Source: Callorhinchus milii
Lineage: Eukaryota
DNA length: 64,000 bases
Assembly (NCBI RefSeq): GCF_018977255.1
Contig: NW_024704742.1
Span: forward strand, 64,668,001-64,732,000
Reading direction: 5' to 3'
The notes under the pieces were generated by a model, which saw only the letters and a list, made by a program, of their open reading frames with translations, had not been told where the DNA came from and made no database searches. The position numbers and the translations under genes are program-made. Positions 27,970-37,831 of this stretch are shown here, piece by piece; the stretch's first letter is position 1; every line of letters starts with the position of its first letter.

Positions 27970-29087
27970 TGTTGAGATATACCGATTATCGCCTCAGAGT
28001 GCCTTGGTATATTTCAAACAGCAAACGAATGTTCCAGAAGGTTTGATTGTTAAATGGTTAAAAGTAGTTTTGCTGGACGGGCTGAGGTTAGCTTCTGATT
28101 ACATTTCACATTTTCCTGGGAAGATGTTCTCTCCTCTGAGATACTGAGCAATCGGGTCCTTGAGCATAGATGTAAGAATAAGCGATCACAGAAAGAAAAG
28201 GCTGCAGCCTCAGATACCTGTCTATCTATCTATCTCAAGGCTGGGAAACAAGCAGGCTGGGGAAGGCTACCCAGAGGTTGTCCATATTTCTCTCGTGCAA
28301 AGCAGCCTGTGCAGGGTGGGGACTACCACTGTGACAAGCGGAGGTGGAGTTAGAAACACATAAAAGAAAGATGTAACTTTGAAATAGTTGGAGTTGTGTA
28401 GAGGGTCAGCACACTTCCCATTGGAATCAATATCGATTCTACTGTATCTATGTATATGTACAGTGGTGAGTGAATTTACCTCCAGTAAGAAAGTGACCAT
28501 TAAAAGTGAAAGAGGAGCAGCAGTGGGTAATATGGTTTTGGTTCTGTTTACTAGACAGAGAAGTAAGAACAGCAGTAGTAGTTGGTCTGGGAAAACCCAG
28601 AAGTCAGGTTAGGCAGCGTGAGTTAGGTGCTGGGCTTATAGCTGGTTGTGTCTGTTGAGTTTACCAAAGCCACCATCTGTCATTTGGTGTTACTATTGTC
28701 AATTGAATATTGTTATGTATGACTGGTTGGGTCCAAGGGTCTACCGGAGGCCAGTCCCTGTTTAGTGTTGGTATTACAAGAGTCAGTTGTCTCTGGGGGA
28801 TATTTCCAGGGGCTGATCTCTCCAGTGTATGTCAAGGTGTGATCCCAGGTCTACTGTTTACTCTGGAGTATGAAACGGTGCCTGGATACGTGTTGTCGTC
28901 CCTGTATTGTCAGTACTACTGTTTGATCTGGAGTGCGGAACAGTGTCCGGATACGTGTTTGTTTTGTATATCTGTGTCACATTATTATTGTGTTGTTGTA
29001 TGTCATCAAAGTAATTATAGTCAGCTTTACTGTTTGTTTTATAAAATAAATACTATACTCTTACCATCACCTGTCGTATTATTAACA
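27970..29087 (+). mobile_element. Putative solo LTR (~1.1 kb) in HTT intron 1
   Basis: TGTT...AACA termini, TATA-like CATAAAAG near 28359, AATAAA at 29045-29050 shortly before the end; composition differs from the flanks; no 4-6 bp TSD found. Confidence 0.5.
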
Positions 29088-29567
29088 AATTTTAATAAAT
29101 GCATGCACTATTCTGACCTCCACCGGGCATAATAGCTCTCCTTCTCCCCATCTCCCCCCATCTCCAAACAATTATCAAAACATATTTCATCTCTCCCTAA
29201 AAGAATCTCGGTTACAAGTTTATAACTTGGCACTTGTCGAGCTGCAGTGAAAACACAGAAAGCGCTCAGGTTGTAAACAAAACATCCCTGTGAAGAGACG
29301 GACACGCACAGACATATACAGATGGGAAGTGCTGCTTGTTTGGGAGCAGGGAAGGGGAAAAAAAGAGACTTTTAAAAAATATATCATATATATATATATA
29401 TATATGAACGAGCCCAAATAGAACAGAAGAGCAGCAAACTCGAGGAGCAGTTTGTTTTGAAATATTTTCTTTCAAGTCAATTCGCTTTACAGTATATCCT
29501 GCGAAGCACTTAAGAGACATCTCAACGCCGTGACAGAGCGCGATGTGAAATGCAAGGATTATCATCA

Positions 29568-29598
29568 TCCTTCCTCCTCCTCCTCCTCCTCCTCCTCC
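29568..29598. repeat. (CCT)n microsatellite grown from a SINE tail at the start of HTT intron 1
   Basis: SINE 3' end (about 29430-29560) grades ATT->ATC->CCT. Confidence 0.8.
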
Positions 29599-29733
29599 CT
29601 GGGAAGGTGCCTCATCCGCAGTTGATCAGATGTGGATTGTGTGTGTGTGTGTGTGGGGGGGAGAGGTGGTCAGTAACCCCCTCCCCCCCCACCCCTCCCC
29701 TCCCCCCCTCACACACAATCTGGGCTCACTCAC

Positions 29734-29822
29734 TGCTTCTGCCCGGGCTCCTCGCTGGGCGGGCCCTGCTGGAACGACTTGAGCGACTCGAAGGCCTTCA
29801 TCAGCTTCTCCATGGTTGCCAT
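29734..29822 (-). CDS. HTT: Huntingtin exon 1 (coding part, 89 nt): MATMEKLMKAFESLKSFQQGPPSEEPGQK(Q)
   Basis: The reverse complement gives the N17 peptide MATMEKLMKAFESLKSF, then CAG CAG. Phase-2 donor CA|GTGAGT at 29733. Lies in a CpG island. Confidence 0.97.
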
Positions 29823-30335
29823 TTTACCAGGAACGAGCCGGGACTCGGGGGGCGGGGAGAGGGGGAGAGAGAGAGGGGGAGAGAGAGAGAGGGGGAGGTG
29901 TTGAGGGGGCGATTAATCACCGCCTTCTCCTAAGCGGAAACCTCCTCGAGAGCTTCGTACGCGCGAATTTTTTGTCCGGCTGTGAGGGGAGGGGAGGGGA
30001 GGTGAGGGGGTGGGGTCCTCGCCGCCAGCCGGGCCCCCCGAGGCGCTGCTACTGGTTGCCAGGCTCGGCGCCCGCCGCCATCTTGCTGAGCAGCCGTCCC
30101 CCCGCCACCGCCAGGGCCCGACCGGAAGTCGATGCGCCGCGGTCAGCGACAGAGGGCGCCCGCCCGCCCCGGCAGGGATTGACCCCGCCCACCCGCGCGC
30201 CGCGCTCCGCCCACAGCGCCGCGGAGTGGCCGGGCGGGCAGACCCCGCCCACCGCCGCACGGGTTGCCGGGAACGCTCCACCCACAGCCCAGTGATTGAC
30301 AGGTGAACCGCACGCGCGCGCGCGCGCACACACGC
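29735..30335 (-). promoter_or_regulatory. HTT: HTT CpG-island promoter/5'UTR with GC boxes, an ETS/GABP site (ACCGGAAGT 30121-30129) and a YY1 site (CAAGATGGCGGC, minus strand 30074-30085)
   Basis: Very GC- and CpG-rich segment in an AT-rich, CpG-depleted background; several CCGCCC motifs; no TATA box seen. Confidence 0.85.
30049..30081 (-). other. Upstream ORF MAAGAEPGNQ* in the putative HTT 5'UTR
   Basis: AAGATGG strong Kozak context; TAG at 30049-30051; 227 nt upstream of the main ATG. Depends on the TSS lying upstream of 30081. Confidence 0.5.
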
Positions 30336-30389
30336 TATGTTGATGGACATCAGTTGATTGACAGCTGGACTGAGGCTCCACCAGTGATA

Positions 30390-32722
30390 ACAATCATCAC
30401 TCCATCCCTCTAATCTCTCACAGTACCGTCCCATCTCCAACCCGCCCTTCCTTGCCGAAGCCCTGGCGATGCATTGTTGCACATCAACTTCAGTCACACC
30501 CCTCCCTCCGCTCCCCCCTCGAGTCCCTCCAGTCTGGTTTTTTGCCCACAGCACAGAGACGGCGCTCGTCAAAGTCACAAGCAACGCCCTCTCGGTCTGT
30601 GACCGGGGCTCCCTCTGCCTCCTCGTCCTCTTTGACCGAGCCTTCAGCTCCCCTCTCGACTCTCTTCCCCCTCCTCGCTCCCTCCCTCCCTCCCCTCCCC
30701 TGACCATTTCCCCTCCTCGCTCCTCCTTCCTCCCTCACCCTGAGCATTTCCCCCCCCTCCCTCCTTCCCTCCCCTCACCCTGACCATTTCCCCCCTGCTC
30801 GGGTCCTGACCCAACTGTGCAGCGCCTTGGGACGTCCTCCTGACGTGAAAGGCGCTTTATAAATGGAATCTTGTTGTTGTTGTTGTTCTCCTGGATCTCT
30901 CTGCCGCGTTCCACACAGTCAACCACGCCATCCTCCTCCACCGCCCGTCCTCCCCTCATCCTCCTTAGTGGGACCGCACTCACACGGTTCGAGTCCTACT
31001 TAACCAACCGCCTCCATTTCATCTCGGCAAATGAATCCTTGAAGGTGGAGGACAGGTAGATAAAGCTGTAAAAAGGGCAGATGGGATACTAGGCTTTATA
31101 AATAGGGGCACAGAGTACAAGAGTCAGGAGGTTATGATTAACCTATATAAAACACTGGTTAGGCCTCAGTTAGAATACTGCGCCCAGTTCTGGGCACCAC
31201 ACTATAGGAAGGATGTTAAGGCTTTGGAAAGGGTGCAGAGGAGATTTACGAGGATGGTCCCAGGAATGAGGGACCTTGACTATGAGGATTAGGATTATTC
31301 TCATTGGAGCAGAGAAGGTTACGAGGAGACCTAATAGAGGTCTTCAAAATCATGAGGGGATTTGATAGGTTAGAAAGGGAAAAACTGTTTCCACTGGTGG
31401 GTGTGTCGGTAACTCGAGGTCACAGATTCAAAATAGTCTCTAAAAGAAGCAGAGGGGAGGTGAGAAGACATTTTTTCACGCAGTGAGTATTTGAGGAGGA
31501 CGGGTTTGCAGGGTTATGGGGAAAGGGCTGGGGAGTGGGATTGAAATGAATTGCTCTATTCAAAGAGCCGGCACAAACTCGATGGGCCAAATGGCCTCTT
31601 TTTGTGCTGTACAATTCTATGATTCTATGATCTATGAAATGATTTCTCCTCCTGCCCCCACCCAGTCACCTGCGGGGTACCCCAGGGCTCCATCCTTGGC
31701 CCCCTTCCTTTCCTCATCCATATGCTCCCTTTGGGTGATATCATCTGCAGACATTAGATAAACTTCCACATGCATGCAGATGACACAGAAATCTGCTTTG
31801 CCTCCTCCAATACCAACTCCAGGTCCGCCGATGTTCTATCAGCTTGTCTGGCAGACATCAGGGCCTGGATGAGTGCAAACTTCCTGCAGCTGAATGTGGA
31901 TAAGATGGAAGCCATACACTGTGCCTCTTGTCAACATCTTCACTCCTGAAGATCTAAACTCCTCAACCTCCCTAGACTCTCCCTCAGACTCACCGAACCA
32001 GTGCGCAATCTAGGCATCTGGTTTGACCCCCAGCTGTCTTTCACCCCCCACATCCAGTCCCTGACCAGGACCGCCTTACTCCACCTCCACCACATTACCT
32101 ACCTCCGACAGTACCTTACCCCAAATGCAGTCAAAACTCTCGTGCATGCGTTTGTCACCTCGCGCCTGGATTACTCAAACGCACTCCTCGCCAGTCTCTC
32201 CAGCTCCACTATTCAAAAGATCCAGCTCATTCAGAACTCTGCTGTTGCATACTGACCCGGACCAAACTCCGTACCCCCGTCTCACCAGTTCTGGCCAGGC
32301 TCCACTAGCTCCCCATCACTGAACAGATCAACTTCAAGATCCTCAGACTCGTGTTCAAATCCCTTCATTCTCTGGCAACTCCCTACCTCTCCGACCTCAA
32401 CACTCCCCAATCCACCACCCAGTGCCTCCGCTCAACTGGCACCGGCCTCCAGCTTGTCCCTCGCTCCCTCCACTCCACTATTGGAGGTCGCGCTTTCAGC
32501 CACTACCCCCCAACACTGGAACGCTTTCCCTCAATCCCTCCGGCTTGCCCCCCCTCCCCTTTTACAAATCCTGCCTGAAAACCTTCCTTTTCGACTGTGC
32601 TTACAGACGCCTCCCCGCTCCCCCTTGGCTCGCAGTCAGACTCCGCCACTGTTAAGCGTTCTGAGACGCCACCCTGCATGGAGGGCGCTATATAAGTGCA
32701 AGTTGTTGTTGTTGTTGTTGTG
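30390..32722 (+). mobile_element. Degenerate L2 LINE (RT region to 3' end) with nested insertions
   Basis: Fragments translate to [34 protein letters not shown], (H)ADDT and LVHAFVTSRLDYSNALL; (GTT)n tail at 32702-32720. Confidence 0.9.
31036..31635 (+). mobile_element. CR1 LINE 3' fragment inserted into the L2
   Basis: LYKTLVRPQLEYCAQFWAP, LEQRRLRGDLIEVFKI and TRGH motifs; (ATTCTATG)n CR1 tail; AAATGA on both sides. Confidence 0.9.
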
Positions 32723-33529
32723 ATAGAGTCCAACCTAAGTTAGGTGATTGTTTGGAGCAGAGATACCCTCTTCCTCTTAGTATGTCATAACAGTCTTAGG
32801 CCATCATTCTTTTATTAAATACAATTCACTTATTCAATTACCATTTCAATTCACTTCCTGTTCCTTTTTGCTGTTATTCTGAAGCGACAGCTGAAGCTTT
32901 GTGAAGAAGTGCCAGGGCATTTTCTAGTAAGTGAGAGTGAGTTGAGTTCTTGTAAATAGAGGCACATTGGGATTGCATCAGTTTATAGTTACTCAAAGGA
33001 ATCAATAGATGTGCAAACTGTGGCAGCAATTCCACTTAAATACACCAACGTAACTTTCACTCATTTTAAAACTGCAATACAGTTCTAAACTCTAAAGCAA
33101 ATTTACATAACAACTTGCATAAAAATATTTAAAATAGTTATATTTCAGAAAGAGTAGAATTTGACTTACAGAGGTTAAAAATAGCCACGTTCCATCATGT
33201 ATTTGGTGATATCCATGTAATGGGAAGTCAACATAAAAGTGTTTACACAACCACAAATCGCATTGAAATTAATCTAAGATCCACATGGTTATCCACGTTC
33301 GTAAAACTAAAGTGTCTATGCGCATTCCTTTCCAACAATCTACTGTATCTCTGGAATTTTCATTTGTAGGTGGGATGCGTGAAATCGTCAGTTTGGTTTG
33401 GATACTCGTAAGCATGGTTTGTGCATAGCACATGTTTCAGCACCAGGTTGACCAAAAAAACTGGAAAAGAATAACAAGCTGGCCTCTGTTTGATCGTCCC
33501 AATCTCTCCGGTCCACCTTCACATCATCT

Positions 33530-33945
33530 TTTAATCCTTCACCTTTAAGGCCATCCATGGCCCTTGCCCCCTCCTACCTCTCTGACCTGCTGACTCCCTA
33601 TCAACCTGCCCACACCCTCCGTTCAGCAGGCTCCGGTCTGCTCCATGTCTCCCGCCTGACCCTCCCTACCATCGGTGGCCGGGCTTTCAGCCTCTCTTCT
33701 CTGCCCCCACACTCTGGAACTCCATCCCACAGTCCCTTTGCCTCGCTTCCTCTCTTGCCTCCTTCAAGGCCAGTCTCAAGAACCTTCTCTTCGACGGTGC
33801 CTTTGGTCGCTCTCCCACCTCTCTGCCTTCCCTCACCCCTACACCACCCCTCCCCATGCTCGAGCCCCGACACCTGACTGCTCAGCGCTTTGGGACGTCC
33901 TCCCAACGTGAAAGGCATTCTGTAAATGTAATTTTGTTATTGTTG
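33530..33945 (+). mobile_element. L2 LINE 3' fragment
   Basis: ALAPSYLSDLL and GGRAFS motifs; L2 tail with GTT repeats. Confidence 0.85.
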
Positions 33946-34039
33946 ACTTACAGAGGTTAAAAATAGCCACGTTCCATCATGCATTATTTGGTGATATCCA
34001 TGTCATGGGAAGTCAACATAAAAGTGTTTACACAACCAG

Positions 34040-34950
34040 CCGAAACCCTCATGCACGTGTTTCCCGCCTGGATTACTCAAACCAAACCTTGCTGGTTTCC
34101 CCAGCTCCACTATTCAAAAGATCCAGTTCATTCAGAACTCCGATGCCCGCATATTTAACCAGACTAAACTCCGTATCTCCATCTCAACAGTTCTGGGCAG
34201 GCTCCACTGGTTCCCCATCACCGAACAGATCAAATTCAAGATCCTCACTCTCGTGTTCAAATCCCTTCATTCTCTGGCACCTCCCTATCTCTGGCACCTC
34301 CCTATTGTGGAGTCCTGTAGCTCAGTGGTTAGAGCATTCGCTTTGCAAGCGAGAGATCTGGGTTCAATTCCAGGCAGGACTAAACCTTGGGCAAGTTTCC
34401 TTACTCCACATGCCTAATAATAATCCCTCCAAAAAACAATAATAAAATTGGTCATTTTCAATCTATGACTGTTTGTGGGACATTGCTGTGCGCAATTGGC
34501 TGCCGCGTTCACCTACAAATATACAGTCAATTCACTTTACAGTATATTCTGTGAAGCGCTTTGGGACGTCCTCCTGACGTGAAAAGCGCTATATCAAATG
34601 CAAGGATTATTATTATTATCTCTCCAACCTCCTCACTCCCTAATCCACCACCCAGCGCCTCCACTCAACTGGCACCGGCCTCCTGCTTGTCCCTCACACC
34701 CTCCACCCCACCATTGGAGGTTGCGCTTTCAGCCACTACGCCTCGAAGCTCTGGAACACTCTCCCTCAATGCCTCTGCCTTGCCCCCCCTCTCCCCTTTT
34801 TCCAAGTCCCACCTGAAAACCTTCCTTTTCGACCGTGTTTACAGTCACCTCCCCACCCCCACCCGGCTCGGAGTCAGGCTCCGCCACTGTTAAGTGCTCT
34901 GAGACGCTACTCTGCATGGATAGCACTATATAAATGGAAGTTGTTGTTGT
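34040..34950 (+). mobile_element. L2 LINE 3' fragment (similar to 32130-32722), interrupted by a SINE
   Basis: SRLDYSN motif; tail ending gttgttgttg. Confidence 0.85.
34306..34619 (+). mobile_element. Young tRNA-SINE, short subfamily, inserted into an L2
   Basis: Full head, body and ATT tail; L2 sequence resumes at 34620. Confidence 0.9.
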
Positions 34951-35258
34951 TTAATCCCTTCTTTCCAGAAATGCATGTGATTGCTTCTTGAATCCATCTA
35001 TCGGTTTAAACAATTCGCTTCAATGAGCTTCCCTGAATCATATACATGTGCTACATTACACAAAACCATTATCCTTTGTGTGTGTGTGAGAGAGACGGGG
35101 TGGGGGGCTAGAGGAGTTCATTCTCTTAACTACTGGTAAATACACTACTATACAGAAAAAAAACATTTACTATAGTAAATTCTCGAGTCCTGAGCAATTA
35201 TGAGGGCCATTTTTCAGTCGTCAACCCAAGACAACAAAACTGTATACAAATGGCAGTG

Positions 35259-35264
35259 TTTATT
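35259..35264 (-). terminator. GRK4: Likely GRK4 polyadenylation signal (AATAAA); 3'UTR about 35240-36395
   Basis: tttatt on the + strand, followed on the minus strand by a GT-rich element (gttttgttgt, 35231-35240). An alternative AATAAA lies at 35495-35500. Confidence 0.55.
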
Positions 35265-36395
35265 CAATTTAAAATGTTCAACATAAAAATAAACCCAGTG
35301 ACATTAGGTAAGATCCTGATACATCCTGAATTTAGGAAGGATTACACAGCGGGTTAAAAAAACATGATGTTTGTGTAACACAAAACTGGTCACCAGTTGC
35401 AATAAAACAGTTGCATTCAACATGAGATTCTGATTTGTGGGCACAGAGGGGCCTCGACACCAATAACAATCCTGCAGATACAATAGTTACATGCTTTATT
35501 AAATATAACTGCAAAATCTGTTTTGAGAACAGGCAACATTTTTTTTAAAATGGCACTTAGTGCAGACATTCAAACCACAAAAAAGTCAATAATAATACAG
35601 AACACAGAGATTGTCTACTTATGTTCTTCAGAGCTTTAAGAAATGAGTTATAGGCAAAATACCTGATGCTAAGTTACAAAAAAAGTTTGGTACAGATGTA
35701 TTCTGACATTGTCAGAATGTAGACTGATAAGATTTGGGAATGTTTCCGCAGATTTGAGATTCAAACGAACAAAGCTTAAATGATCCTTTTCCATGATATA
35801 GTGGGCCTGTAAACACAGCAACAATGGTCTGATTTCTGACTATGGCGACTGGCTAAACAAACAAAACATTTAGGATTTACAGTTACTCTTGAAATGGAAT
35901 TTAATGGACCAAAATGGGATCGATTCCAAGTTATACACAGGAAAAAAAAGAACATGCACGCAGACAAGTTACACACGTTTTATGATACATATATTATGGA
36001 GCACCAAGACAACATTGCTTGTGTATATGGGCCCATCCTGTACTGAAGTAAAATTCAGTCAAGTTACTCTTGAATTATGAGGTGTACCTAACACACCACA
36101 TTTACATTACTGTGCTTTTTAACAAAAAAATAAAAACTTTTAAATAGATATTTCCAAAGTCATTCCTGCTAAAATTATGTATGCATTCAAGTGGTACTTA
36201 ATATATGGCTTTTTGTACAACTTTTAGTGAAAATATACATCTAGACATAAGTCAAGTACAAATGTACAAAATATGTAAACTCATACAGCAGTTTTTGAAA
36301 TATAATACATTTTAATACACATTCCCAGTTAAACTGAAATATTTCAGTTTCTCTTTGTTTTTTACTTTCAATAAATGGTTGACATCCAAAAGGAC

Positions 36396-36449
36396 TCAAA
36401 TTCTTGAAGGGCCCTCTTCATCATCACTGTAACCACTTTTAAAACAGAA
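36396..36449 (-). CDS. GRK4: GRK4 terminal exon 16 (coding part): FCFKSGYSDDEEGPSRI*
   Basis: Long polypyrimidine tract plus cgttcag acceptor, phase 0; acidic tail with one Cys, resembling the GRK6A C-terminus; followed by AT-rich UTR-like sequence. Confidence 0.8.
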   Translation of the reverse strand, partial: FCFKSGYSDDEEGPSRI

Positions 36450-37648
36450 CTGAACGAAAAAAAGGAAAAAAGGAACAAAGAGACACTTTCAGTTACAATA
36501 ATAATGAATAATAATAATTAATAATAGTAAATAATGCTTAATCCTTGTACTTGATGTAGTGAATTTCAAGGCAGGAGGACTCTCAAAAGCACTTCACAGG
36601 ATTTACTGCAAAGTGAATATTTGTAGGTGAACATGACAGCCAAATTGCACATGGCAGTGTTCCACACACAGCCATGAAGTCAAAATAATAGTAATACTAA
36701 CATTTTCCATAGTGCCCATGAACTTGAAACATCTTAAAGCATTTAACTTGTAATACAATATATTGTATATTTATATAATGCCCTTCACTTCGAGAGGATG
36801 TCCCAAAGCACATAAAATTATTTTAACTGTCAAAATTGATGCACACCACCGATCCATTCATTTTATAACATGGCCTTGATTTCTAAACTTCTCTGAAATT
36901 ACAGCTCCCAAGAGTGCTTAAATGCATTTTCGTTAATATCTCCGTGTATTTGGATTAATTTGTGAATCAGAACTTTTTCACAAACACAGAATTACTTTGG
37001 TTTCATTTATTACATGCAATCCATGCAACAAATACAGGAATACCTTGCTTTTATGTGTGCCTTTCACATGGAAATAAGCATCCCAAAGCACTTTGCAAAA
37101 TATAATGGATTAGAAATGAACTGAATAAAATAAAACCAAATTCTTTTCAGGTAGTAAGGCATTATTGGAGGGTACATTCTTAAATGTGCTGGGAAACGGG
37201 TTTAACATTGATGCCTTATTTTTGTTTTGGTCAGACGGGTATCTGACACATCACCACGCTTAAGAGCATCCAAACCAAACTGAGATTTCCATGCCTCCCA
37301 CCTACACATGGAAATCCCAGAGACACATTGTTGGAATGGAATCCACACTCTCTCCCTGGAAGGGCACATCCTGCTTAACCAATTCCAAAAAGTATTAGGC
37401 GCAGGTTGGCAAGAGCCAAGGCTTGGGGACCTCAGAGTATGTGTTGGGGTAACTACTGGAGTCTAACCAGCTAAAACTACATAGCTTGCCATTGATATCG
37501 CTGTCAGACAAGTTTCCCCGCTGCTTGCCAGCTAAGAGCACCCTACCCATTAGGCTTTGGCTTGCAGGATTAACAGGTGGATGTCTTCTAGGAGGACCAG
37601 ACACCGACTCGAAATCATGGGCCGAATGGCCTCTCACTGAGTCTTTCA

Positions 37649-37831
<183 letters not shown>

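Noticed and set aside
29913..30707. 264-aa ORF and other overlapping GC-rich ORFs around the HTT promoter
   Set aside because: Low-complexity frames expected from stop-poor CpG-island and antisense L2 sequence; no recognisable protein.
34311..34382. Apparent tRNA-Ala(TGC) gene (also at 4761, 25060-25129 and 53600)
   Set aside because: The cloverleaf continues directly into a SINE body and tail with no terminator; it is a SINE head.
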